A DNA stretch of 63,954 nt, counting the filler, from an uncultured Bacteriovoracaceae bacterium (GTDB lineage Bacteria > Bdellovibrionota > UBA2428): the NCBI GenBank assembly GCA_964636255.1. It is 7 parts of 7 records of this genome, joined end to end, with 100 filler letters (N's around TTAATTAATTAA, not from the genome) between each part and the next. Parts side by side here need not be neighbours in the genome. Positions count along the whole stretch, not along the records: positions 17,538 to 27,231 come from CAZWNW010000025.1; positions 27,332 to 36,950 come from CAZWNW010000026.1; 5 more parts are not named here. One strand, 5' to 3'. Shown one piece after another: positions 20,541 through 29,430 of this stretch (position 1 is the first letter of the stretch; each line of letters starts with the position of its first letter). Both the position numbers and the translations under genes were made by a program. Under the pieces are notes generated by a model that saw nothing but the letters and a program-made list of their open reading frames with translations, was not told the DNA's origin and searched no databases.

Positions 20541-21131
20541 TCAAATTGCTTTTGCGAGACCCCATTTTCTTGCTTCTTTTAGCGTAAACCCATTTTCGCT
20601 GTATTCAACGTTGAAGAATAGGCGAATCTCCGGACCGAAGATCCAAAACTCTCTAGGCCTAACCCGTAAAATTGCCGTGACTTTTTGAAGGGAATCGTTT
20701 CGACTTCCATGGACAAATGAAGGGGGATTCTGGGATATTTCACGGATTCCATTTGCCAGGTCTTCTACTAACTTAGTTGTAGTTTTTATTTCGATGGCGA
20801 TGTCTGGCTTCTCATTTTTGAGAATGACAATATCGAGCCGTTCGTATTCAACTTTTATCTCCGAAGCTAGGAATTCTTCAGAAGCCATCAGTTCAACAAA
20901 GCATGCGGAGTGGGTTATGTATTCCCTGTTGAGTTGGAGGAGTGACCATGATTTGCCCGCAATCTGAAAATTTCCGTTTTTAAGTGAAATATGCCCTTGA
21001 TCCATGCCCTGTTTAAGCGTTTCAATTTCCCATGTAGCAACGGGGGCAGTTTTTGTTCTGCCGCTCAGATATGCTTCGATTTGCTCTTCAGCAGCTTTGA
21101 GCAGGAAGGATTTTAGCCATGCGCCGTCCAT
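20541..21131 (-). CDS. PD-(D/E)XK nuclease-fold protein (HsdR N-terminal-like)
   Basis: EIKVEYERLDIVIL...IAIEIKT gives E..D..ExK spacing. Confidence 0.6.
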   Translation of the reverse strand: MDGAWLKSFLLKAAEEQIEAYLSGRTKTAPVATWEIETLKQGMDQGHISLKNGNFQIAGKSWSLLQLNREYITHSACFVELMASEEFLASEIKVEYERLDIVILKNEKPDIAIEIKTTTKLVEDLANGIREISQNPPSFVHGSRNDSLQKVTAILRVRPREFWIFGPEIRLFFNVEYSENGFTLKEARKWGLAKAI

Positions 21132-21138
21132 CTCGACA

Positions 21139-21200
21139 TTATCGGATTTGCTGTGGTTAATATTTAATAAACTAAAGGTTTCTTGTTTCCTGGTCGATCA
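21139..21200. promoter_or_regulatory. Back-to-back sigma28 (FliA)-type promoters
   Basis: Minus: TAAA(21166-63)-N16-TCCGATAA(21146-39), ATG 7 nt on. Plus: TAAA(21173-76)-N16-GTCGATCA(21193-200), ATG 8 nt on. Confidence 0.55.
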
Positions 21201-21208
21201 TCCTTTGG

Positions 21209-21733
21209 ATGAGAGCTGAGATTCGTTTCATCCCGATCTTTTATTTCCTTATGCACCTTGGCGGCTGCGCATCTGCTTGGATTGTGAGACAAGGATCTGA
21301 TGGGGGAACAATCGGCTATCGAGGCTATTCCAGCAGCGATAGTGCTACCGAGGCCATCGTGAAGCTGATTCACTGCTCAAATTCGTACCATGTTATTAAT
21401 GACGAGCTGAAGTCCTCCCAGTACACCTATACCTACAACCAGCCAGTTACCGTTCAGGGAACTTCCTCAGGCAATTTGCGTAACAATTGGAGCGGAGACC
21501 GCTATTACTACCAGCAGAATGATTCATACACCGCCCATGTACCGACCACACAAGTTGGCACTAAGTATTGGAGAGAGATGAGCTATGCCTGCGGTGGAAA
21601 TTCCTCAAGGCTCCCTGCTGAGGGTTCTTCCTCTTCCCAGTCCTGCGTAGATTCGTGCTATCAGCTGGAAAAAGAAGGAAGCCTAAAAACTGGATACACG
21701 GCAGGAGACTGCGTTCGACTGTCCTGTAACTAG
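21209..21733 (+). CDS. Putative lipoprotein, cysteine-rich C-terminus
   Basis: Lipobox LGGC; C-terminal CVDSC...CVRLSC. Confidence 0.7.
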   Translation: MRAEIRFIPIFYFLMHLGGCASAWIVRQGSDGGTIGYRGYSSSDSATEAIVKLIHCSNSYHVINDELKSSQYTYTYNQPVTVQGTSSGNLRNNWSGDRYYYQQNDSYTAHVPTTQVGTKYWREMSYACGGNSSRLPAEGSSSSQSCVDSCYQLEKEGSLKTGYTAGDCVRLSCN

Positions 21734-21790
21734 AATCTTCTGCCAATAGTCGGGATGATTCGTCTTTACAGCGCAGTGCGGCGTCAATAA

Positions 21791-21818
21791 TCAAATTTTG
21801 ATTAGAATCGGCCGATAA
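21791..21818 (+). promoter_or_regulatory. sigma28 (FliA)-type promoter
   Basis: TCAA-N16-GCCGATAA (perfect -10), GTG start 9 nt downstream. Confidence 0.65.
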
Positions 21819-21827
21819 GTAGGGATC

Positions 21828-24371
21828 GTGAGAAGGTGTTTTTCCCTGCTGTTTTCGGTGCTTGGGCTCGGGTGCCTGGATGTCGTTTTTGATTCAGCTT
21901 ATACGTTCATCCCCGCGGCTTATTCTGCCCCGGAATCGAATGATTCGCGCGCGCGGTCGCTGATCGCTTATCTCAAAAAACACGAATCAGTAATTAGGAA
22001 AAGTGGCGAAGATCACTACTATAGGCAGGTTTTGTGGGCGCTGATTGCAATTGATTTTAAAACGCTTTCGGGTCCGATGAAGCGTGAACTGCTGTCGCTT
22101 CTTTTTAATTGGATTGGCGGGAGTCTCTCAGAAGCTGATGCTCTTGAAATAAGAGAGGCTTTAAAGAAAAAGGGGCTGGGAAGTGAACTTGATGAGTTCT
22201 TTTCGCCGCTTCGACTTGCGGTTCTAAAAGAAGTCGACGCGCGTGATCTGCCGCGAGATCTTCGAGATGCTTTAAAGAAAGCCTTCACGCGTCTGCAGAT
22301 GGATAAGGCGGGGCTAAAACGTCTTGAGATTTTTGATAAGGACGAGGAGCGCTTTGTAAATGAAATGCTTGTGGCGGGGATCTTGCCTTCGACCGCAAGT
22401 CCCGAGGCGCTTTTGGGGAATAACCTGATTACAAATTTGGCTGGGAATTTGATTAGCGGGAATTTTAGTAGTGGGGATTTGGTGACGCAGGCCAAGGCTG
22501 TGTCTCAGGCACTTGGTATTTCGGAAGATACTACGGGAAAGCTTCTCCAGGTCGCGGTGAATGACAAATTAGTTCAAAAAGCAATTGGATCATCAAAACT
22601 TCAGTCCGTTCAAGATCGACTGGCCGCCGTACGCTCTGGTCTCGAGTCGGGAGCTGTGTCAACGCGCATTGAACCCTCGCAAAATCAGAAGGAACTTCAA
22701 GCGCTCTTTGATAAGGCGAATATCAAGCCCGATCTTAAAGTGCCGGCTCCTACTCATCGCACTCCGAAGCTTGAAGAGCGTCGGAAGGTGCCCATTAAAT
22801 CGAGCGAGCCTCAAGGCATTAGAATTTCGTCACCCTCGGCACCAAGTACAGGGCCGACGACTCGCGCTGCCTTGGCTACGAATAGCACGGTGCAGCCCTC
22901 GAGTAATGCTCTGCCCACACCAAAACCACCCGATCCCAAGATCGAGGCCGCAATGGAAATTGTCGATCCCAGAGAACTTCTGGGTGGAAGCTTTGTTTAC
23001 AAAAATCCGAAATTTTCCGTTACTGATCCGAATCTTCAAGAGAAGAGGTCCCAGGCACTTGGCACACATGAGAGTAAATATTTTGAAGAGGCCCGCCAGG
23101 CCTCCATCAAAGCGGGACCGAATGTGGGAAGCTGCAATGTGTTTGAGATCAGATCCGACAAATACTGCGACCAATGCGGCAAAGATTCCAAGCCCTGTAA
23201 ATGTTACGAGGGGATGCTCAAGACTGTTCAAGAATTTGAATTGCGTGGAAAGAAAACGAGCGACGCCCCCGACCTGGTTGAAGAAAGACTTAAAGAGGCG
23301 GGAATGGCCGTAGAAAAATCGGTCCAGTTGGCATTTCGAGTGAAAGCGGAAGCACTTCAAAATCGCACAAAGGACTCAAAGATCAGTGAAGAGGACCGGA
23401 GGAAAGCAAAGGAAGAGTTGAGAGCCATAGACTATCAGGAAAAGCAGGCGTCACCGGATCGGGCATTCTACGTTAAAAAAGTTCTCCTCAACGGCGTCAT
23501 GAACACAAAAACCCCGGCCTGTATTCTTAGTAAAGGGCGATATGGCTCCGGAGCCAAGCGAGAGCCTGCGATGGAGCCTGAGTGGGTTTTTCCCGGCGAA
23601 AAGTATTGCCACAAATTCGATATTAATGCCGATGAGCCATTTGAGTTGAAAACTGAAAAATCAGACAAGGGACTCTCAAAACAGGACGCCATTCTATTGA
23701 GGCTTGCAATGGCAACTCTCGACGGTCTTGAGGAGGCTCATAAGGGGGGTCAAATGAAAGTGCAGAAATTCGAGGACCTCTATTCCCCGACATTTCCGAT
23801 TGGGGAAAATCAAGTCTGCTCGTCTCGTCAATTATGTACGCTGCCTAAAGCACCTAGCCGAAAAGATCTTTATTACCGAATCTTTGCAGACGAAAGCCAG
23901 GACAAAAATGTTCGAAGTCTCTTCGATGGTGAAACAGAAAACACAATTGCACGCACGTTACTTCGTTGTTTCGATCCAAGGTCATGGGGTGGTATGTTGG
24001 TTAAGATGGTTGAGTATTTGCATTCAGCGGCCGACGTATGTGGCTCAAAGTCCGCAGTAGAGCTCGGCCAAACATTGGCTGAGAGTGGTGTCCTAAAGGC
24101 GGCCTGTTCGGGGGCATTCCACGAGGTCTCTGAAAAAGTGGACGAAGTAACACCGGAGGTTGAAGCTGCTGCTTATAAATCCTTTGGCCCGAAGGTCTTT
24201 CCGTTCGACTCGAAGGGATCTCCGACTCCAAAGGAGTTTTGTTTGGCCGTAAACGAAAGATATATATCCCTCCTCGACATTCTTGGTGCAGCAACTCAAC
24301 TAAACCGCGGCGAAATTTGTGCGCCCAATCAGGTGAAACTTTATGAACGAAAAACGACCGGACATAAATAA
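21828..24371 (+). CDS. Large hypothetical exported protein (Pro/Ser linker, Cys-rich C-terminal half)
   Basis: 847-aa ORF, signal peptide, CDQC...PCKC cluster. Confidence 0.75.
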   Translation: MRRCFSLLFSVLGLGCLDVVFDSAYTFIPAAYSAPESNDSRARSLIAYLKKHESVIRKSGEDHYYRQVLWALIAIDFKTLSGPMKRELLSLLFNWIGGSLSEADALEIREALKKKGLGSELDEFFSPLRLAVLKEVDARDLPRDLRDALKKAFTRLQMDKAGLKRLEIFDKDEERFVNEMLVAGILPSTASPEALLGNNLITNLAGNLISGNFSSGDLVTQAKAVSQALGISEDTTGKLLQVAVNDKLVQKAIGSSKLQSVQDRLAAVRSGLESGAVSTRIEPSQNQKELQALFDKANIKPDLKVPAPTHRTPKLEERRKVPIKSSEPQGIRISSPSAPSTGPTTRAALATNSTVQPSSNALPTPKPPDPKIEAAMEIVDPRELLGGSFVYKNPKFSVTDPNLQEKRSQALGTHESKYFEEARQASIKAGPNVGSCNVFEIRSDKYCDQCGKDSKPCKCYEGMLKTVQEFELRGKKTSDAPDLVEERLKEAGMAVEKSVQLAFRVKAEALQNRTKDSKISEEDRRKAKEELRAIDYQEKQASPDRAFYVKKVLLNGVMNTKTPACILSKGRYGSGAKREPAMEPEWVFPGEKYCHKFDINADEPFELKTEKSDKGLSKQDAILLRLAMATLDGLEEAHKGGQMKVQKFEDLYSPTFPIGENQVCSSRQLCTLPKAPSRKDLYYRIFADESQDKNVRSLFDGETENTIARTLLRCFDPRSWGGMLVKMVEYLHSAADVCGSKSAVELGQTLAESGVLKAACSGAFHEVSEKVDEVTPEVEAAAYKSFGPKVFPFDSKGSPTPKEFCLAVNERYISLLDILGAATQLNRGEICAPNQVKLYERKTTGHK

Positions 24372-25290
24372 AATTCTCCTATTACTCGGCCTTTTGGCAG
24401 GTCCAGTTGCTTACTCACAATTTCGTCCTAGCATTATGACTGATGAAGAGCGGGCGAAGCGGGTCTCCTGGAAAGACGACTGCGATCTCGACAAAACCCC
24501 GTGGAACTCTTTCAAGATGACTGTGTATGAAAGTAGCCCCTCTGTGGTTGATCGCACTCTTGAAGTTTCCCCGCTTACCCGTAAAGCCCTTGCGAATCCA
24601 AAGCTGAGGGCGGACGACCAAAAAACTATTGCGGAAATCAAGAGAGCTATCCATCGCATTGAGACAACTTATAAAAGAAATAGCTTGGGAGAGATCTTCT
24701 GGGACGATCAAGATGAGATCAAGCGCTTACAATCGCTCATTGATCGCATCGAGCGAGGGGAGATGCTGTTTAACGCTCCCCGTTCGAGCCTTCAGGGGCG
24801 CGGAATTGTCGAAATCATGGCGGCTCATAATGTGGGTTGGAATGGAAGGGCGAAGGTGGGGGAAGAGCTCGAGGAACTTCGGGCTCAAGTTCAGCCAGAT
24901 TTGGGGCGGGTTATTGAATCATTTCCCTGCGAGACAAAAAATATGCGCGCTTGTGCTGTGGCCTATCCCAGAAAGATCAACACACTGAATACGATTGTTG
25001 TGGATGATAACGGCAAGCCCGAATCGGTTTTGAACAGGCTCTACCAGCGCACCAATCGAATCAAGATCGACCACTGTCTTCGAGACTACCCCATGACAAG
25101 TGCTGATCGCGAAACCATTCGAAAAGCATGTGAGGAGTGGCCGCGTAGAACAGAAGACGGAGACGTCGCTTATCGCGACGTCAGAGATATCTTTATCGCC
25201 TGTCGAGATGCGTTAAATGGATTTTTAGAATCCCAACGCAATATTCCCCGCAACGAACGCGGGAAATATCTTCCAAAGGATCATAAATAG
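24343..25290 (+). CDS. Hypothetical secreted protein
   Basis: Signal peptide ending PVAYS; overlaps upstream gene, so likely co-transcribed. Confidence 0.72.
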   Translation: MNEKRPDINKILLLLGLLAGPVAYSQFRPSIMTDEERAKRVSWKDDCDLDKTPWNSFKMTVYESSPSVVDRTLEVSPLTRKALANPKLRADDQKTIAEIKRAIHRIETTYKRNSLGEIFWDDQDEIKRLQSLIDRIERGEMLFNAPRSSLQGRGIVEIMAAHNVGWNGRAKVGEELEELRAQVQPDLGRVIESFPCETKNMRACAVAYPRKINTLNTIVVDDNGKPESVLNRLYQRTNRIKIDHCLRDYPMTSADRETIRKACEEWPRRTEDGDVAYRDVRDIFIACRDALNGFLESQRNIPRNERGKYLPKDHK

Positions 25291-25339
25291 GGGCGCGAAA
25301 ACTCCCTTAATTCCCGGCGGCTAACTTTATGGAAAAAAT

Positions 25340-25558
25340 ATGGCAAAAAGTAACCAGCTTGAACCCTGTTGCACTAATTTTTTAAAGACACTTAGTCCGC
25401 TGCCTCAACCACCCGTGAATTGCCCCACATGCAAACGCGGGATTACCTTTGATAGAACCCAAATGGACGGCGCACGGGTCACTGATGAATATGCTGATCT
25501 TGAATTCGTTGAGGAAGGTTATTCGCCAGTTAATGCTCGCTATCTAGAATCGACTTAG
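25340..25558 (+). CDS. Small putative zinc-ribbon protein
   Basis: 72 aa with PCC and CPTC; fills the intergenic space. Confidence 0.4.
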   Translation: MAKSNQLEPCCTNFLKTLSPLPQPPVNCPTCKRGITFDRTQMDGARVTDEYADLEFVEEGYSPVNARYLEST

Positions 25559-25634
25559 GGGCCCAAACCATTAGGAATTGGGCATGGCTTAAATTTGGCT
25601 TGATTTTGGTTTGAATTTGGTCGATAAAGAACAT

Positions 25635-26021
25635 ATGTCTGCACGAGCTTCTCTGTTCGAAAATGTATCGACTTCGAAATATCTTCCCTTCTATGAAGAC
25701 GGCGAATTTCAACCTCGAATGGTCGCTCAGTTTTTGAAAATGAACAACAATGATGTGGCCCGAATTAGTGATTTGGCTCCTAAGTCGATTCGTTGGGATG
25801 ACCGCTTGGCTGTTGAGGTTCGGGAGCGATTGCTGGAGATTGCAAATGTTTGCGAGAAAGTTGCAGCAGCATTCGGAGGCGATGTCGAAAAGACCGCGCT
25901 TTGGTACCAGTTGCCGAATCCATTGCTTGGTAATATTTCGCCTAGAGATATGATTCGACTCGGTCGGTTTAAGAAGCTTTCTCGAGTTGTGGACGAGGCT
26001 CTGGCTGGAAATATCGGATAA
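25635..26021 (+). CDS. Xre/MbcA/ParS-type antitoxin
   Basis: HTH-like N-terminus; FGGDVEKTALWYQLPNPLLGNISPRDMI is the MbcA/ParS C-terminal signature; directly upstream of a RES gene. Confidence 0.88.
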   Translation: MSARASLFENVSTSKYLPFYEDGEFQPRMVAQFLKMNNNDVARISDLAPKSIRWDDRLAVEVRERLLEIANVCEKVAAAFGGDVEKTALWYQLPNPLLGNISPRDMIRLGRFKKLSRVVDEALAGNIG

Positions 26022-26030
26022 GCAGCGCGA

Positions 26031-27008
26031 ATGGGGAAGAAACGGCAAAGGAAAAAGAAGGTCAAAAGTCGACGGGCATCGGTCAAGCGTGCAGTCTCCC
26101 GTCCTGACTATAAACATCCTTCGAAGGGTGTTGTTCGGGTCCTCGATATTGTTTCCGGGGCTAGTATCGCAAGGGGGCAAACACTCTCAGAATCAATTCG
26201 TAATTATTTTTGGCATCTCTATCAGGAGTTAGCCGTTCAGAGAGCCGAGTACTATCCGGCGCTTTGTGAGAGTCTTAGAGCAGTTGCTAAGCCGTTGAAT
26301 CAAAACCTCTGGGTGAGAAGAGTTTCTTGGGCCTATACTTTAATGCCTCTCTCGCCACGCGGTGCCTACAGAGCTGGCGGGAGATTCAATGTCGGAAAAA
26401 TTTCAGAGGTTGGTCCTGGAGTCCCCGGAGCTACGCCCTTTCCAGCTCTTTATCTTGCAGAAGACGAGGACACTGCGAAAGCAGAGGCGTTGGGAGCAAC
26501 AAAAGTTGATCGTAGGATTTCGCAGGATGAATTGATTCTGCAGGTCAGTTCTCCATCTCACACCGTTATTCGCGTAAACACTTCTCTCTCGACAGTTATA
26601 GATCTTCGACAGAGCGATAGCCTGATTCCATTTCTTAGTTGCACTCGAGGCTTCAGAGTCGGCGAATTAGTTCGTGCCCTATCGCAGAAGCTAAATTGGG
26701 GTGAGCCAACGGTTATCGAAGACCCGAAGATTCTGATGGATTCTATCCTCACTGCGGACTGGAGATTGTCGGACTCACTTGCAGACGTTCCCTCGAATTC
26801 TCAGGTCTTTGGAAAAATTGCATTGGATGCGGGAATTCAAGGGATCATTTACCCATCCACAAAAACCAATAAGAGCTGCTTGGCTGTGCTTCCTTGCCTC
26901 ACTTCCGGATTCGTCGAGTGCGTCGATTCATCTCCGTCGGAAATAAAAGTTAATCGCCTCGATCCGTCGAATTTTGGTCCGCTGACATGGAGCACTTTAA
27001 TCGAATAG
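26031..27008 (+). CDS. RES-domain toxin (NAD+ phosphorylase family)
   Basis: GGRFN (R), ALYLAEDEDTAKAE (E), GIIYPS (S). Confidence 0.88.
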   Translation: MGKKRQRKKKVKSRRASVKRAVSRPDYKHPSKGVVRVLDIVSGASIARGQTLSESIRNYFWHLYQELAVQRAEYYPALCESLRAVAKPLNQNLWVRRVSWAYTLMPLSPRGAYRAGGRFNVGKISEVGPGVPGATPFPALYLAEDEDTAKAEALGATKVDRRISQDELILQVSSPSHTVIRVNTSLSTVIDLRQSDSLIPFLSCTRGFRVGELVRALSQKLNWGEPTVIEDPKILMDSILTADWRLSDSLADVPSNSQVFGKIALDAGIQGIIYPSTKTNKSCLAVLPCLTSGFVECVDSSPSEIKVNRLDPSNFGPLTWSTLIE

Positions 27009-27030
27009 CTTCAGCAGCACGGCGTTCTAT

Positions 27031-27049
27031 GGGCGCCAAACGGGCGCCA
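27031..27049 (+). repeat. Tandem GGGCGCCA repeat, candidate integrase arm-type sites
   Basis: GGGCGCCA at 27031 and 27042 (11-bp period), about 130 nt inside the tRNA fragment. Confidence 0.45.
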
Positions 27050-27173
27050 TCATCTTGAGAAACCACGAGAATTGGTGAGACACACGGAGATCTTGAGTTG
27101 ATCAAATTTCCGAATAGAAACATTGATTTACTTGTTAATTCGCTGATTTGGAAAAACGCTAAAAATTGCCCGA

Positions 27174-27224
27174 AGCTGACTCTTAATCAGCGGGTCGCAA
27201 GTTCGATCCTTGCACGGTCCACCA
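27174..27224 (+). mobile_element. att site: 3' portion of tRNA-Lys(CTT) marking the right end of an integrated island
   Basis: AGCTGACTCTTAATCAGCGGGTCGCAAGTTCGATCCTTGCACGGTCCACCA has anticodon arm (CTT), T arm and CCA but no D arm or 5' acceptor strand upstream. Confidence 0.85.
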
Positions 27225-27231
27225 CTAAAAT

Positions 27232-27331
27232 NNNNNNNNNNNNNNNNNNNNNNNNNNNNNNNNNNNNNNNNNNNNTTAATTAATTAANNNNNNNNNNNNN
27301 NNNNNNNNNNNNNNNNNNNNNNNNNNNNNNN
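27232..27331. other. Artificial contig linker
   Basis: N-TTAATTAATTAA-N. Confidence 0.97.
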
Positions 27332-27352
27332 TTATGTCGAACTATGTAAAGA

Positions 27353-27799
27353 GTGAGCCTGGATACGAGAAGGTTTCTTTTGATGAAATTCTGGAGCGCG
27401 CGCAATCGAGCGTCCGCGATCTATGGTCATCGTATTAGTCGGGACGACGGTTGGATGCGCTTATTGATCTCTAAACTCTTGCGATTTTTTATTTTCTGTA
27501 GATCCAGAATCTGGATCCCGGATGCCAACGTGCCTTATCGTCTCTTCCGAAAGGATGGTCTTCTTGAGGAGTTGAGCCTTCTCCATTCCAAGCTGGATCT
27601 CGCCAACGCCGGCCTGGCCGCGCTTCACCAAGTCAAGCGTTCACCATTGTGGATCCCAATCGGATTTCGCGCGCGCTTTTCAGGCAGCAGTCATGCCTCC
27701 GCTACAGCATCGTTACGACGACTCTACAATCTTTTGCTTTACTTCCCCTTGATCTCTGAATCCTCAAAGGAGGGGGGCGAGGGGCACGAGGCCGCTTGA
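27353..27799 (+). CDS. Glycosyltransferase family 2 (DPM1-like), C-terminal part; 5' end cut by contig edge
   Basis: YGHRISRDDGWMRLLIS...IPDANVPYRLFR...IPIGFRARFSGSS. Confidence 0.7.
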   Translation: MSLDTRRFLLMKFWSARNRASAIYGHRISRDDGWMRLLISKLLRFFIFCRSRIWIPDANVPYRLFRKDGLLEELSLLHSKLDLANAGLAALHQVKRSPLWIPIGFRARFSGSSHASATASLRRLYNLLLYFPLISESSKEGGEGHEAA

Positions 27800-27823
27800 T
27801 CACAGCCGTTCTGCAACTAAAGG

Positions 27824-29302
27824 TTACCAGTCGCCTTTAAATCTCTTGCAATTTGTGCCGTGAATCAGAGCAGGATTCCATCTATCTGGTGCAGACTCAA
27901 TGACTCGAATTGTAATTGGCAGCTTTTGTGAATTTCCGTCTGCAGGCAGCCGCCAAATAGAAGCCCGATTTTCGGGAGTGTAGCCGAGCTTTAGGAGCAA
28001 CTGATGGAGCTGCGCATGCGCAATCCAATGCCTTTGATACGTCAGACAAGCTGTGGTCTTCCTGTGGCTCTGAGATTCCCGTAGGGCTTTCAATATTTTT
28101 GCCTCGACTCTACCGAAGAAGCGCTGGCGTTCTCGCTTGCGCAATCCTACGTTTTTAATAGCGTAAGAGCTTCCGGCAAAATATCTTGGTCCATCATGAG
28201 TCATGAGATAATTCGGTAATCCAAGGAACTTATAAGAGAGCGGCCAAAACATGCCTAATAGAAGCACAATGAAAATCGGCCACAACTTCTGCTCACGGAA
28301 ATGGACTCTAATGTAGCTAAGAGCGTGCGCCAGGAGTGGTATCGTCATTAAGAGGGCAACAACATAATACTTGGGTGTGTGTGTGTTCCAGCCATAAACA
28401 AGCAGATACGGAATCCAGGCAAGGAGAGCAATCGCAAGCATCTTCGGTTTCCTGCTCTTTTTCTGAGATAAGATAACAATCGATAGCAAAGCGATCATCG
28501 TCAAATCAAAAATGGTCAGCCAAGAATCTCGAAACCCGGTGTCCTTATAGTTTCTATATTCTTCTACATATTGCAGGTGTGTTTTGTAGAACTCTAATGG
28601 ATGAAATAGGCTCATCCCAGCAAGAGATAAAATCAAAATCGGTAATAAGAGATAAAACGCTGCTGGCCATAAGTTAGCTTCCCAAACTTTTCGTTGAATA
28701 AGCGATCGAAAAAATTTGGATATCGAACGCGTGTTAATGCCTGGCAAAGAACCGTCCTTGATAAGCAGCAGCAGCGGCAAACAAAGAACTGTGTCGATTC
28801 GAAAGAGCATTGCGATTGTGAAGCAGATCACGGATTTGATTTGATCTGCAGTGCTTTGTGCGATTCTGAAGTAGAAAGCGGCCATAAGCCAGGGCAGCAG
28901 CATTGCAAAATCGTTTGGATAAAAAGCTGTTGTGACCAATTCCTGACAAAGAAGGACAGCGATGATGAATTGCCATGCACGGATTTGGAAGAGCGTTTTT
29001 TGCAAGTGGAAGGCGATGAGCAGACCGCATAGATAACTGAAAAAGCTAAGGGATTGGAATATCGCCAAAGATGGAAGATCAAAAATTGAAGCAACGGCAT
29101 AATTCACCCAGTAGAGAAGCGGTCCTGTAAAATATCGGTAGCCTTCACTGAGAGCAATTTGTGAATGGACTGCCATGTCGACATGATTGGATAAAACGAA
29201 TTCGTCGCCTTCAACAACCCCGACTGGAATCAGCAAAGCACAGAAGAGAAAAAGACCCGACATAAACACCGCTTTCCTGAGAGACTGCAAGTGCTCGAGC
29301 AT
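27824..29302 (-). CDS. Multi-pass membrane protein, possibly GT-C type glycosyltransferase
   Basis: About 10 hydrophobic segments, next to GT2 genes. Confidence 0.6.
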   Translation of the reverse strand: MLEHLQSLRKAVFMSGLFLFCALLIPVGVVEGDEFVLSNHVDMAVHSQIALSEGYRYFTGPLLYWVNYAVASIFDLPSLAIFQSLSFFSYLCGLLIAFHLQKTLFQIRAWQFIIAVLLCQELVTTAFYPNDFAMLLPWLMAAFYFRIAQSTADQIKSVICFTIAMLFRIDTVLCLPLLLLIKDGSLPGINTRSISKFFRSLIQRKVWEANLWPAAFYLLLPILILSLAGMSLFHPLEFYKTHLQYVEEYRNYKDTGFRDSWLTIFDLTMIALLSIVILSQKKSRKPKMLAIALLAWIPYLLVYGWNTHTPKYYVVALLMTIPLLAHALSYIRVHFREQKLWPIFIVLLLGMFWPLSYKFLGLPNYLMTHDGPRYFAGSSYAIKNVGLRKRERQRFFGRVEAKILKALRESQSHRKTTACLTYQRHWIAHAQLHQLLLKLGYTPENRASIWRLPADGNSQKLPITIRVIESAPDRWNPALIHGTNCKRFKGDW

Positions 29303-29430
29303 GGTTAGCAGTTTAATTGCTCAAGGAACTAGAGCACTACGAAGCTTGATTTTGTCCGCCGCGGCTCGTCAATTTACTAAGAGGCAATTCAATTCGTTGT
29401 GGGACCGGGCTGCGCGTTGACTTTGAAAAT

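Noticed and set aside
22585..23313. 242-aa alternative-frame ORF
   Set aside because: Nested in the 847-aa gene; Arg/Pro-rich off-frame composition
25530..26180. 216-aa minus-strand ORF
   Set aside because: Antisense to the well-supported Xre-RES pair
27174..27224. Functional tRNA-Lys gene
   Set aside because: No D arm or 5' acceptor strand upstream; treated as an att duplication
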